Below are positions 49,165 to 63,299 of a stretch of DNA of 64,000 nucleotides, piece by piece. Location: contig MU053629.1 of the NCBI GenBank assembly GCA_013239625.1, positions 1,019,567 through 1,083,566 of the forward strand, written 5' to 3'. The notes beneath the pieces are model-generated. The model saw nothing but the letters and a program-made list of their open reading frames with translations, was not told where the DNA came from and searched no databases. Positions within the stretch are counted from its first letter, which is position 1, and every line of letters starts with the position of its first letter. The translations under genes were made by a program, and so were the position numbers. Origin of the DNA: Lama guanicoe. Taxonomy: Eukaryota.

Positions 49165-51277
49165 GTGAGGGAGGGGCCTTGCCCGGGAACGGGAAATGAG
49201 AAATGGGGGGCGGGTGCGAGGGGGCCCGGGAGAGAACCGTGGGGAGGGCTTGGGAGCCCCAGGTAGGAGACCCGGGGGACGTCAGGGCAGTGAGAGCAGT
49301 GGGAGAGGGTGAAGGCGTGAGACAGAGGAGCGGGCGGGGACGTGAGGCTGGGGTGTTGAAGGGAGGAACTGGAGGGCGAAGGATGGGGAAGGGGAGCCAG
49401 AGGAAGAAGGATAGGGGTACTGGGGGAAATGAGAGTGTTGGGGGTGTGACAGGGAGGGATCTTAGAGGGACAAAGTCGGGGGGGGACACAGGAAGTCTCA
49501 CGGAGAGGGAGAAGGTAATAGTGGGTGTGAAATGGATTGAAAGACAGGAAAGAGGAAGGAAATGTGAAGGGGGAAATGAAGGGTTGGGGGAATGGTAGGT
49601 CCGTGTAGTAAAGGGACAGAGGACACAGGGGACAAGAGAAGTGAGAATCGGAAAAGAATTCAGAGGATGAGTGATCAGGAGGGGAGAGATGAGGGACACT
49701 GGCTACAAGAAGTCTGATCAGAGATGTCATGGGAGGGGGCAGAAGAAAACTGAAAGTGGGAAAAGAGTTCAGGCGAACAGAGTACGGAAAGAGGATACTT
49801 GGTGGATAAAGTTGAGAGCTGGGTGTGAAATAGGAGAGAAAAAGGGAAGCAGAATATACAGTAGAGAGGTTGAGCAGAGAAGGGAGAAAATGGGAAAGGG
49901 AGAGGAAATGGAAAGTAAGACTTTCTTCAGTAACTAGGATCATTGGTTATCATTTTCTCTCTTTTTACTTCCTTTGGGTCAAGTGCAGGAGAAACAGCAA
50001 AGGTGACTGATAGTGGAATACTGTCTATGGAGTGTTAAATTGTTCTGTGGATGTTAACGGGCGTTAAGGGAACTGGTGGCTTAAGGGGAATGGTGTGGTC
50101 AGGAAAATGTGGTTCACTCCTTTACTATCTCCTTAGAAGAAACACCTCAGTTTTTACAGTTACTACCTTGAAGTTTTAGTAACTTCTCAGCTGAGGAATT
50201 GATCTTACATTCTGCCTCCCTCCCCATATATTTTCCGTTGGTTTTAATTATTACTTGCTAAATGAATCACAACATGCATGTAACACCCACCCTCCCACAG
50301 CATTAGTTTCAGTTGATTCTCATTTTTCTGATCTTGGCTGGGACCTATCCTTCCTACTTTTGGAAGACTTTGTGTTCAGGTAACAAGATCTCTTATACTT
50401 AACATAAACGGAAGAAAAGCAAATCAGAGCTGGTTTTAAGCTGCCTGTACAAGTGACCTTAATGTCGTTTCCCTTGTTAAATAGCTGCAGTTAATTAAGT
50501 ACCTTAAGAATCTTAGCTCTTGGTTGTCTGGGTGATGTTTGTGGCTTCTAATGGTAGCTCACTTAAGCATCTTTCGGATGGTTCTTACGGTATCTTTCAC
50601 CAAGAATTGCTGGGGTACTTAGGGGGCTAGGACTCTGGTAATGAGTGTATTTGAGTATTTGTATGTTTTAAGGATAATTTGTCAAAGGCTAGGGGTATAG
50701 AGCACTCTTCTGCCATGTGCTGGGAAAGGCTATGGTTTGTTTGTTCTGGCGTCTTTCATATGGATTGAGTGGTCTGAAACCTCCCGGGTGTTACGCTGTC
50801 TGGGCTTAGGGAAGTTTGAGTTGCAAGTTCTTGGCAGTCATTCTTGAGTGGGACTTTTTCTTTTTTGAGGAAGCAGATTTTAAATGTCATGTCTCAAGTA
50901 TATTCCTAAGAGATTTGGTGGGAGCTGTTACAGCAACCAAAGGACTTTAATTTTTGATGCTAGTACTAATTTCAAAACCCCAAATAACCCTTTTTCATCG
51001 TTGGGTGCACACTGCAGTCCAGATGATAAGGGACAGCTTCTAGCAAGTTGAGTGGGTTGCCTTTTGTCCCTTCTGTGTGTGACCCTCCCAGAAGCATTCT
51101 CCTGCATTGAAAATGAGTGACTCTCGCTGATGCTCTTTCTGTTAAGCTCCTTGAGTGACTTTTGCTTGTTTGTAATAATTTATTAGTTGCTTCCTTTGTT
51201 TTGCCTTAATTTTTGTCCCACCTTTTCTGTGAGAGTGTCTGCTTCCTTTTGCAATAGTAGCTTTGAAAAATTACTTT

Positions 51278-51384
51278 AAAAATTATTTAATTTTATTTTT
51301 TTAATGAAGGTACTGAGGATTGAACCCCCAGGAGCTCATGCATGCTAAGCAAGCACTGTACCACTGAGACCTAGACCTTCCCCC
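51278..51384 (-). mobile_element. vic-1-type SINE in RAB8B intron 1
   Basis: TSD tgaaaaattacttt at 51264-51277 and 51385-51398. Confidence 0.88.
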
Positions 51385-53441
51385 TGAAAAATTACTTTTG
51401 TTCTGAAGGATTAGAATTTTCCTTGTGTGGGTTTTTTGTTTGTTTGTTTTTTGTTTGTTTGAATTAAAAAAAATTGTAAGTGACTGAAATTCAGTTTCAT
51501 GGTGGAGGCAGGGGTTGCTGCTATTAAGGCAAGAGAATCCGAGTCCTGAAACTGCTTAGAACAGGAGGTAGATATTAAATGAGGTGAATCTTATGTATGA
51601 TGTTGGCCTTTAGATTTTCTGTGGGGTGTATGTGGTAAAAAGAGGCTGTGAGCTGTGTCTTCGGTTGACCTGGAGGAGGGGAAATCCCTGCCTCTTATTT
51701 AGCCCGGGAGCTGTGACAGGAAGTGGTAGCAACCTGCCTTCAAACGGCAGAAAAACGAATGCACCTGCAACCTAATGCTTTGGAGTTGAAATTAAGCTTG
51801 GAAAATAAGGTGAACGTTAACATCATTCTAGTGAGGAGCTCCACATACTCTTCACTGACCACAGACGCAGGCTGGGAAGGTCCACCTCTCTAGCAGCATT
51901 ATCTCCCCGCCCTCCCACCCTTCACCCCTCTGGCCAGGTGGTCTGAAGTTGTTGAGGGGAGGGCTGGTGGTCCATCTCCTCCCGGTCGTAATTATTTCTG
52001 GGTGTGGATGTTCCTGGACTTTTCTGACGAGGTTTTGACAAGGTTTTGACCACATCATTGCTGACAGAACTTGATAAGGTGTATGTCACAGGAAAGATCC
52101 AATTTCTTAATGCCTGGGGTTTGTGTGTGTGTGTTGGTAGATATGGAGGCGTGCCTGTTTCTTCCGGTGAAGGCGTGTTTAAAGTCAATTTCGCTTTGCT
52201 AAAATTGAAGTATTTTAGGAAAGGACATCTGGCACCTCTATAGACACCGTTCTGGTAGGGGTCCTGCCATCATGAGAGGACAGAGACAAGTCATATTGAT
52301 ACAGACACAGTTGTCTCGCCGAGCCTTTCTTCCTTAACTTCTCGAAGGTTCTAATGTCTTCTCTGATATCCTGGCTCCCCTTGTATCCTTACTGTTCTTG
52401 GAGGTGATGGAAGGTATATATTTTTTCAACTGATTTGTTGGAAATCTTCCTGTGTGTCAGTGAGATATTCTTTGTTAGCTATTGAGAAGGGATGTTTTAT
52501 CCATTTGAAGTTATAGGCCCGGGGCCTGGGACCAACTACCAACTTGCCTTCCAGTTCAAATGTTTAAGAACCGGAAAAGGTGTTTCGATTGACTCCCAGA
52601 ACCCCTTACATAATTATTATTAACCATTAATTAAATGTATGTAAAATGTAACATTAAGACAGGTGGGAAACGGCAGCGCAGTTAGCTCTGTATTGTGTTT
52701 CCTGTGGGATGTGGGGGTGCTTGAATACTGTGGACATCTTGGAATGGCCTGTCCCGAACAAGGGGCCAGCAGAACAAAAAGAAAGCCCAGCCCCGGCCTC
52801 TCAGCATCTTCCCTTTGCTGTCTCTCCCCTGCCCTGCCCCCTTCTTCCTGTTAGGGTATTTCCTGAGTGGTTTTGCTATTCAGTATAGTCATAGTCTGAC
52901 AGCAGCAAGAGTCTTAGAAGTTACCTGCTTCATGCCCCTGCCCCAGTTTTATAAGCAGGAAGACTAAGGCTGATGAAACCCCCAAATCCAAGTCTGTGTC
53001 ACTTCCGCAGTTGAGCTGCTGCCACTTCTGATCGGTATGACCACCTCCACGAATTGAAGTCACCGCCTTTTCCAGGGAGGGATTAGATTTTGCGCGCTTG
53101 CTTTTATGTGGGAAAAGTTAAGATGTTCCCGCCTGGATTAGCCGTATCTCCTCGGGGAAACAGTACCTGCTAATACGGTGACTCAGAGCCCTATAGGAGT
53201 GTATGTGGGCTAACTCAGCATATTGCAACTGTCTTTTGCCCTCTCTTTCTATGTCTCTAGTTTCAGGTTAGCAGCTCAAAGTGTGTCCTGCCATTAAAAT
53301 TCCTTCCATGGGCAAAAAACTAATGAAATCATATTAATAATGTGCTAGTAATTGTTGCAGCCTCGTCTCATCAGAGTCCTTTTAGACATTTTATTCCCTA
53401 ACATTGCATTTTTTTTTTCTTGGCTTCACTTTCTTTAAAAT

Positions 53442-53655
53442 TAGGAGTTGGCACACTATGGCCCACAGGCCAGATGTGGCTTGCAGCTTGCTTTTGTGCA
53501 GTCCACAAGTGAAGAATGGTTTTTATGTTTTTAAAGAGTTATTAAAAAAACAAAACAAAATAAGGAAGAATATGCAACTGAGACTGTATGTGTCCCACAA
53601 AGCTTCAAAATATTTACTAACTGTTCCTTTATAGAAACAGTTCACCGACCCCAGC
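53442..53655. mobile_element. MER58A-like hAT MITE
   Basis: ggagttggcacactatggcccacaggcc..aagaatggttttt..aaaatatttacta..cctttatagaaacagttcaccgacccc. Confidence 0.8.
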
Positions 53656-54329
53656 TTAAAATGAAAAAAAAACTGTTTTTGGTTGGTAACAATTCAAAGC
53701 TTTTATCAAGACTTATTGACTGCAAAACAAACTTTGTCATATTTACATTTTTATCGAAGATGATATCAACATTTGGCTGAGCATAATCCAGATACGTCGT
53801 GCAAGTTGATTTTAATTTTCATAGTTGATTTCCTTGGTTTCAATTTCTCAAACAAAAATGAGCAAGGAACATGCAACTTCAAATTGAACATTTTGTACAT
53901 ACAGCCTTATTTTAATGTCATTGTGTTCTTTTAGAGCTGTCAGTAGACTTCCCATCTAAGTGATAGCTTTGAAAACAACACTGTTTCCAAAAAAGGAGAA
54001 TTTATTACTTGATTATGACGGGTTAAACTCATCTCTTCAGTTAGTGTTCTTGTGAATGAAAAAAAAAAAAAGCCACTCAACAAATTAAGGATGGGAGTGG
54101 GAAATTGAGTCTTGGAGACTGATGTGGGTATGTCTTAAGAATAAGTGTACTTTAACAAAGAGCTTCGCCAGCTGTTCTGTATGGCAGCAAATCTGGGAAG
54201 AAGTTCTCTTGGCAACAGCACCAAGATTGTTTGGATCCACTGAGAAAAGCTAGAGGGAAGCAGGTTTGAATATTGTCTTAGTGGAAGATGTCTAGTCGTT
54301 GAAGACAAGAAAAAATTTAGCAGTTAATT

Positions 54330-54637
54330 TTTTTTCAAGTAAAAAATCTATCTATCTATCTATATTTATTGAAGTATAATCAGTTTACACTGTGTCAATT
54401 TCTGGTGTAGAGCATAATGCTTCAGTCATACATGAACATACATATATTCATTTTTATATTCTTTCTCATCCTAAGTTGCTACAAGATATTGAATATAGTT
54501 CCCTGTGCTATACAGTATCGACTTGTTTATCTATATAAAATAGACATATAAAATATGTTAGTATCCACAAATCTCAAACTCCTAATTTATCCTTTCCCAC
54601 TGCCCCCCCTCCCCAGTAACCATAAGTTTGTTTTCCA
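54330..54637 (-). mobile_element. Short L1 3' end
   Basis: L1 3'UTR; TSD-like tagcagtt at 54318 and 54638. Confidence 0.8.
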
Positions 54638-57600
54638 TAGCAGTTGATATTTTAATTAAATCCAGTAACTGAATCTGAAAAGAGCCATGGAACCAGAAGT
54701 GGGAGACCAGGGAGCTGCCGGCACGGCCCAAGGCTGGCTCTCGGTTAGGCCTGCCAGCCTGCACACAGGATGGTTCTGGGGACCAGCTCTCTGTGTGTGT
54801 TAGAATGGCTCTGTCAGAAAATTGTACAGGAAAGAGTTTTCACAGCAGGATGAGAAGAGGGTGGGAGTGGGGATGGGGAAGCAGGTCTTAGGTGGTGAGT
54901 AATGTTGGGGAACATAACATGGAGCTTCTGAAATGTGAGTAGCTGGTGAAGCAGCCTGGTTCATGTTTGGTGTCCGGGAGGTGGCATATGAATTTAGGGG
55001 GCTGGAGTCACTCATGTCATGCTGTTCCTGCTCTTCTGGCCTTTAGTCAGTCAGTTGTCCTTCTAGGGTCTTAGTTCGTATAAAACTATACCAGCTTTTC
55101 AGGATTGCTCTGAACTCCCTAGGGCAGGAATCAAGTCTTAATCACCTTCCAAGTCTCCAAGGCTTGGATTAAATGACTCATCCATGGGATGGATGAATGG
55201 CTGGATGAGTGAATTGTGAAAAGCACTATGTGAGGTACAAAGCATTGCTTGAATTTTAGTTATTATTATCTTTTGTAGTATTATAGATGATCAGATGATG
55301 TCTGAGGTAAGATGAAGAATGCTTGATTTGAATTCTGAATACAAGAATGGTATTTACCCCAATATAAAATGCTGAATACCTTTCAAAGATCAGTTTTAAA
55401 GGGCTATTTTAGACTCGGAAAGATATTTCACTTATCTTTCGGGCTCCATAATAAACTGTTTAACACCCTGCTTCCAACCCCCCACTAACATAAATACCAA
55501 ATAGAAAATGAGTGAAATCACTGGGTTTGCTTTAGAAGAGCCATTTCAGCTTTGTCTTTGCCCGTTAGCTTCAAACAATGCAACAGATGCCTGTTAACAG
55601 TTTCGTGCCCAGTTTTAATTAGCAGATGGAGCTGTGTTTGTGTCTGTGCTCTGCCCGGCACTGGTTTGAGTGACAGAGTAGTGAGTGGATTGGAACTGGG
55701 CGGGGCCTTTGGGTTGAATAAAGCCAAATTCTATTTCTAAGAAATCGAATATAAACATCTATTATGTAGAACTACTTGTGTACCTCAGTAGTCGGCATGG
55801 TGTCTAGGGTACAACTAACGTTTGCAGTTATGTTTTCTGTTCTTATTATCCTCTTTGAAATTAAGTAATATGGACAAAATACTGTTTTATGGCTTAAATG
55901 AAGGTTTCGGGTAGTCTTGAAACTATCACGGAGTGGCTTTCTTTGAAGATCCATTTCAGCAACTGGCATAGTATGTTGAGGACCGTGCAGAGCCAAGATG
56001 CAGTGGGCTTCAGCATGAAGGCCAACGCTGATGGACTGAGATGTGCCTCCCGGAGTGCTGTGTGGTGTAGAGGTCTGAGGTCCCGAGCTCAGTGAGACCC
56101 AGGGTTGGGATGGATTCCCGATGTGGGCGATGGGTAGCGTGGGCGGCAACGTCCTGCACATTCACTGTCTGTTTTCTCAAGTGAATAGGTAGTATTTGCT
56201 GTCCACTGTGTTACAGCTAAGTTGCAGTGTTAAAATATTACCTGTCAATGAATATTGACTATGTTGTGTCTGGAGAGGTGTCCTTTTCCTGTGTTCGATT
56301 TTGCGTTTTGGAATTTTTCTTATTTAGCGTTGAATCTTGAATTTTGCAAAGAACCTTAAAGGAAGTAGGTGCTTGCTTGTCTTTAGAGGAAGAAACTTCT
56401 GCACTTTTGTTTTTTTTAATTAGTTGCTCAGGACTTCCTTAGGGAAGCCACATAAAGTGGTAGAAACGACTTAGAAACGGTTCTTGCAGCAGCCCTGTTA
56501 CTTGGCTGCCATGAAGTATTTTCTTGCTGTCTTAACCTGTAGCATCGGTTTAATTAGGTGCTTTGGTATTTACCTGTTGCTGAACTTTTGGACATTTTCC
56601 ACGGAGCTCTCATCTTCCTCGGCCCAGAATTTTAATTCTTGGCTCCCAGGAGAAAATGTGGAAGCTCTGCATGTCCTCATGTTCCTCAAATTAGGCTTGC
56701 TGTCACTAAGGCTGGATGCCAGCGCTGCGTGCAGTCCCACGGCGGCACTGCAGTATTTCAGAGCACTTTGCAGAAGCTGGGTTAGGTATGGAATCCCACC
56801 TCACGATGATAAAAACCAACCACAGAGTTGTTAAGCAATATGTAGCGCTTCACAGCTTTCTGCTGGCAGAGCTGGAACTGGCGTGACTTCCCCACATCAC
56901 ATCATAATTTTGCATATTTGGGAGAAGAACTTGGCAGTAATTATTTTTATAATTCGTAGATACTTTCCTGATGTATAGAGTGAAAGGGCAAATCTCTAAG
57001 ATATAGGATCACATTTTAACAGGAAATATAGAGTGATCTGTTTAAAAGATGACTTATAAAAGTTCATTTCTTATGACCCTATGTAATATTTGTTGAGCTG
57101 GAATAGGTATTGCAAAATATTCTCATACATATTTCATACACAAACTCCATTAAAAAAAAGTTTCCATTATGAGATGTCAGTGACTAACCCTACTGTAATT
57201 TGTTTGTTGCTTATGAATTTGGATGGGATAGCTGTTTATGATTTTCAACAAGGAATTTTTTATTTTTTTCTCCTCTTAAGGTCTCTAAATAAAATCTTGA
57301 GATGGCATGGAAAACAATTCTTTACTGAGAGTTCACTATTCCGTTTTTGGAATGATTCTGACCACTTTCTCATTTCACTCTCCATTAATACCCCCTAAAA
57401 TTGGTGCTTGTCTCTGTCACAGCCAGTAATGAAACAGATTAGGGTGTCTTCCACAGACAGAATAATTTGAGTGAGTGCATTTCCTATTTTGTCTGTCTTG
57501 GCCCATCAACCTTCAACTTAGTTAAATACCATTGCGTTTTAAATTTATATTGGGATCTCATTATATGATTTACCATATTTTTTTTGTTGTTCAAATCATC

Positions 57601-58199
57601 TCTTTATCATTACAAAGTAAAGTATATAGTACTTTGAAAAACAGTTAGTGTGTGTTTCTGGTGAGTGATGGCACAAGCCCCTCCTACGGCCATTAGACCA
57701 GGCCTGTTTTCTCCTTGTGAAAGGCAGGTGCAGGCTTTGGTGGTCTCCAGAGTTTTCTTCTGGCTGCAGCGTTCTGTGAGTCCATGAAATCCAGTAGTGT
57801 CTGTAAAGAAAAAAGGGTTTGTCCGAAATGTGATCCTATATCTTAAAAATTTGCCCTTCCACTTTATACATCAGTTAATAATTGTGGGGAGGTGTCTTTT
57901 TGCAGGTGGACACTAGCATTTTGATAACATGATGACAGAAGGAAGAAGAGTAGCATTAGTTACTTCAAGCCAAGCCTCTGTTGATCTTGTAATTTGGTGA
58001 CACTTTTTATAATACCGAAGAAATCACTGAATTTAATTTTTGAATTCTCTCCTTAAAAATGTATTAGTTTAGTAAAAGTGAAGAAAAACCCAATGAATAA
58101 ATAAACAACAACAAAGAAAAAGTAAAATGGGGGGAAACCCCAAAATGTCTTGGTTTAAATAATAAATAATAAATCTAAATGTCACTGGAAAAATAACTA

Positions 58200-58541
58200 C
58201 AGTCAGTCCTCTGTATCCACAGGATCCACATCCACAGATTCTGCATCTGTGGATTCAACCAACTTTGGATGGAAAATACTCAGAAAAAAAAATTCCAGAA
58301 AGTTCCAAAAAGCAAAACTTGAATTTGCCATTCACCAGCATCTCTTTACATAGCATTGTATTGTTTAGGTATTACAAGTAATTTGGAGATAATTAAAAGT
58401 ATATGGGAGAATATGCGTAGGTTACATGCAAATATTACCCCATTTTATATAAGGGACTTGAGTTTCTTCAGATTTTGGTATCCATGCTCCTGGGTCAGGG
58501 AGTCCTGGCATGAGTCTCCCACAAATACAGAGGGAAGACTG
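58200..58541. mobile_element. Complete Tigger3a/MER2-group MITE
   Basis: TIRs CAGTCAGTCCTCTGTAT / ATACAGAGGGAAGACTG flanked by a TA duplication on both sides. Confidence 0.88.
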
Positions 58542-61019
58542 TACTTGAAAGCTGTAAAAATACTTCTTTGAGATGTGTAAAGTATTTTCAAGTTATCTCA
58601 TTTTCTTGACACAAAATATGATAAAGTAGGTGAAAAGTAATCTAAAATAATAGTAAACCTCTTACTGCTTAGGTGTGTTAATGCTAAATTTCTGTTTGTC
58701 TGTTGAGGGGCCTCAGGTCCAGAGGCATGGAGATTGTCCAGGGTCCCACAGAGCTTGGCCTTGAGCACTAGTTTTCTGACTTCAAGTCTCTTTTCTCTTA
58801 CAGCTCCTCTACCTTCAGTTTTCTTGCTATGGAAAGACATAGATGGTATAGCATAAAGTCAGTACATAGTATTTTGTGGGAGAAAAGTCAGAGACTGAAC
58901 TAGGAAATGAGGGGTCCAAGCACATCTCTGCCCTTGATTAACCATTTGTTTTTGGCCAAGTCTTTTAACTTCTTATGCCCTTTGTTTTCTATTATCTTTT
59001 TTTTTTTTTGCCTTTGTTTCCTTATCAGTAAAAAGGAGAGGCTGGGGGTGCAAACTGCAGTGACTTGTTCGTAGGTTACTAGTGTCAAACACTACTTCAT
59101 TTTCACTAAATTCAGTCATTCAGTGAACAACATTTTTTAGTTCACAGAATTTTGCAAGGAAAAAGAGTAACGAGTATCCGGGCAGTTTCAACACAATGAT
59201 GAAAAGGACTTCAGAGGAATTAATGTAAGATGTTGCAAAAGCATAGAGGAGAGGTGGAGGCGGGCTTCCAGGAAGGAGTGACATAGCAGGTGAAGTCAGA
59301 ACCCAGGGAGGAGTTAGTTGGGTGGCCTGGGAGAGTGTAAGGAGGGAGGGTCTGCCTTGCTGGTACGGGGGACACAGCTGCCTGGAGGAACTCCTGTTTG
59401 TCTGTGGCCTCCAGGGAAGTGGGGCGTGTGACAAGAGGTCAAGTTGAAGGGTAATTAGAAGGCAGATTGTGAAGGGACTTTAAACCTATTCAGGAGTCTG
59501 GACTTTATCCTAAGAGGAGTGGGGAGTCCCTGGAAACTTCCCACACGGAGACCAATTAGGAGATCGGCAGACGTTGTCAGTTGCCCCTTAACCTTCGCTG
59601 GGACCTTTACTGTTGACAGAGTACTTTCACTTACATCACTGTTAAAACTCCTCAGTAACCATGTCCATGGACAGAGATCCTCTTCGTGTTCTAGACAAGG
59701 AAGCCAGGCTTCTGAGCGGGCGATTGCCTCTTGATCAATCAAGTAAGTAGGTAGAGGAGCCAAGACTTGAGCCTCGAACCTCAGTTCTGGACCACAGTCC
59801 GTCCACAACACCGCTCGGCTCAGAGTGGGCCCTAGAGTTTGCCGTGGGACTCAGTGGCTTGGCACTTCGCCTGCCCTAGTGGTCACTCCCTGTGGTCTGT
59901 GAGAACTGTGTAAACTGACCAGCAGCCCCTTGAGAAGTGCGCTGAGTGGAACGGTGAAGTCAGCCTCTCCCTGGACAAGGCCCAGTAGCAGCTAATGCAG
60001 TCCGCGTCATGTTGCCCGCTGGCCCAGGGAGGTCGGTGGACTGTGGTTTCAGCTTGTCTCCGGGCCTCTAACCCAGTCCCTTAGGAAGCAATCAAGTATA
60101 CACACAGCAGAATGAGGGCAGGAGGAGACAGAGTTTAATTATGAATCCAACTCTTTTGTGGAGAGGAAGCTAATTATATCGGAAATCTCAACATTGCTTC
60201 TCCCCGTGGGGCCGTCGATTTGTTGTGTTCGTACGGATGGGGTTGGCCTTGAGTCTCCAGCATGCTGCTGGGAGCCAGAAAACAGACAGGTCCAAGCAGC
60301 TAAACTAGATACAACATGAAGTCCATTCGCAGAATTCGTGAACTTGCCTCGTTGGGGAGCCCCTGGGTCCTCACGTAGCCTTTGCATTCTTGATTTATCC
60401 AGTGGTCGCTGGAGCAGGGCTGAGGGCCTCCTAGAGCCTGGCTACTGGTGTATGAGATGAAAAAGCAGCGGCGTGGCACTGTGACAGTGACATTCACTGA
60501 ATGACTTCGGGCAAGTCAGTAGTAAGCCTCCTGGGCTTCCATTTCTTCCTAAGGGAAAAGGGAACATTGTGCTAGATGCACCCTGAAGTCCCTCCCAAAA
60601 CACTGCTCCGAAGTGATAGCAGTGGACTCAGCGACAAAATGGGACAAGTAGACATGAGGACTGAAGATAACATGGTGTAGATAAAAGAACTTGGGCTTTT
60701 GAGACAGAAACTCTTAAATTCGAATCCTGATCCTGCTACTTCCTACTTGAGAGCCTTAGATGAATTATTTAACTATTTTCTTTATTGATAAAGGAAAGGT
60801 AGTAACTCTCTTGCAGGATTTCTTTAATGTTTTATTTTGAGAATGAAGTGCATTATTAAGTGTATATCATCTTCGGCACATGGAAGACACAAACAAATGT
60901 GCACGTGCGTGTGTCTGCGTCTGAGTGAACTCAGTCCCAGTTCACTAAGGGTGGGGCCACACCGCTCCGAGAACCCTGGAGATCTGTGGGGGCTTCATTG
61001 TTATGACTCTTGTTTTTAA

Positions 61020-61300
61020 TGATAAGAGCTAACATTTATCAAGAGTTTATATGTATAGCACACAGTTCAAGGCATTTTATGAGAATTAACATTTTTCGTG
61101 GATTGACCCATTTAATCCTCACAACAACGTCTCAGGTATATTCTTTAATTATTTCCATTTTTCCAAGTAAGGTAATTGAGACCCAGGGTGGTTGAATAAC
61201 ATCTCAAGGTCACATAGCTAGTAAGTGGTAGAACCAACCCAGATTTGAATCCAGGCAGTCTGGTTCCAGAGTCTGTGTCTTTGACCAGTATGCCTTTCTG
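61020..61300 (-). mobile_element. MIR SINE (further MIR fragments at ~6710-6890, 41980-42110, 48000-48230, 59600-59810, 60670-60880)
   Basis: tttaatcctcacaacaac..aaggtcacatagctagtaagtggtaga..gatttgaatccaggcagtctggttccagagtc. Confidence 0.85.
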
Positions 61301-62493
61301 CCCCAACAGTGACTCAGAAATATTAAAAAAAAAAAATCTGTCTTTAAGGAAGTGATGTGGTGCAAGGTGCCTTGTGGCACTGCTCCTTACTAGCCGGCTG
61401 ACGTCATCACATCATCACATCCTTTAAACCTCCTTGGTCCCTGTCCCCTCTTCTGCAGAGGATTGTCGTGAGGCGGTGGAATTAAGTCCTGGAGTGAAGC
61501 ATTCAGCGTGGGGCCTAGCATGCAGCCAGGCTCAGTAAATGGTGAGGATTTTGTTTTTCCACGTAACTTAAAAAGCACTTGCTAGAATGAGTTTCATAAA
61601 AAAACATGAACAGGAACATTTTGGTTACTTAATGGGGTGTGCATTAGTTTTCTAGAAAGTTCTTAAAGTTTAGGACCACATGCATTTCACCGAGCTAGAA
61701 TGAGAAATATTTATTTAAACGCATTCCCGAAGTGCAGGTGATTGTCCCTGGCCTCAGCTGGTGTAGCAGGCCTTGACCTCGGGGGCAGAATGTCAGTGTG
61801 ATGTAATGAGCAAGCTCTTTGTAGCCTTCTAGCTGCTGCAGACTCTCAGGCATCTTGAATTCCTCCTTCTGCTAAAAACAAAAACAAAATCAGTGTCGAA
61901 TGCCCTGTCTAGAAAGGACAAGTGTTTCAGTTTAAATATTCCAGCTCAGTGTCCTCTGTTAGGGCCCTGAATTTTAAATGCAGTGAGTTTCTGAGTGAGG
62001 TCTCCTGAATTTTAATGAGTTTGTTTGCATACATGAATTTTGGACAATACATTCAATCTTGGAACACCGGAGCTGATTTTAATGGAGTAAATTACCCAAC
62101 TTGAAAGTGAGTTAATAGGCTTTTCTTTACCTAATAATCAAGATGATGATACTTTCATTTCAGAAAAATCATTAATCATGTTTATAATATTGATACATGC
62201 TATTAATTTCTTTTTAATCATGAAACTGTCTCATCAAGAGAATTAGGGAAATAAATGTGTCAGCGTGAGCATAAAGCATGGTCTTCCTCCTTTAACACTC
62301 CTCTCCGTTGTGATGTCTGGTACATAGTGAATGATTACACTTACATGGTGGGCATAAAGCCAGAACTGGGTTTGGTTTGGTGTGGCGCTTGCTTGGACCA
62401 GATAGGGGAGGTGAGATGCTCTTCACTAGCTTAAAAGTGTTCCTAAAGATTAAAAAAAAACATTTTATATATAAATATATAAACATATATAAG

Positions 62494-62496
<3 letters not shown>

Positions 62497-62533
<37 letters not shown>
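62497..62533. repeat. (AC)18 microsatellite
   Basis: Uninterrupted dinucleotide run. Confidence 0.95.
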
Positions 62534-62535
<2 letters not shown>

Positions 62536-63299
62536 GGTGATACAGGAGGTGACAGGGCCCAGGTCACAAAGGGTCTCAAGGGCTGGGATAAGGAGGAGAG
62601 CCTTTATTCTGACTGTAGTTGAAAGGACATATGCAGGGCTGTGGGCAAGAAGTGATACATTTAATTTATAATATTAAAAGCTACAGTGGTTTTAAGAGAG
62701 TTCATCTTGGGGCTTAGTGGTGCTGGAAAACCACGCCATGGAACTCTCTTGTCCAGTCCATTCCCTAAAGTCATGTTGCATCCAGAAAAGTTATCTTGTT
62801 AAAAATGTTCAGCTGGCCAGTCTTACCTCCTCATGAAGCATGAAAATTGTGAGGGTCAGTTCAGTTAATGCTCCAAGGACTAAAATGTGCCAACATGGTA
62901 GAAAGAGCAGATGCTTTCAGGACGTCACATCTGAGGGAGACCTGGAGGACAGGAGCCATGGCGTGCCTCTTCAGAGCTCATGTCACTCGTCTGATGCTCA
63001 GGCATGCAGTATCTGTGGAGAAACTGAACGAATACCGTACATTTCTTTCTGAGGGGTGGATCTGGGGTTCCTGCAGTTGTGCGATCCCCCCATTAGCACG
63101 TACATCAGCTTCAAAGAACGTGTAATTATCACCTGTTATTGCTTATGATCTTCTTCTAGATGTGAGAACAAGAAAATCAACCTATTTCTCTTTTACCCAG
63201 GGTATTTACCTCCGGCCGTAAATGCCTGCTGACTTCATTTGTGCCTGTGTGTACATGCACAGTGTCTGGTGCCTGGCAGGCCCTCAGTCCGCGCTTGTA

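Larger units (their letters stand above)
48300..49400. promoter_or_regulatory. RAB8B: CpG island / RAB8B promoter
   Basis: CpG-rich; several GGGCGGGG GC boxes at ~48886-48938; inverted CCAAT (ATTGG) at 48874-48878; no obvious TATA box. Confidence 0.9.

Noticed and set aside
49058..49943. Long minus-strand ORFs (213 and 276 aa)
   Set aside because: Low-complexity Pro/Ser/Leu/Phe products of the pyrimidine-rich strand; no domain.
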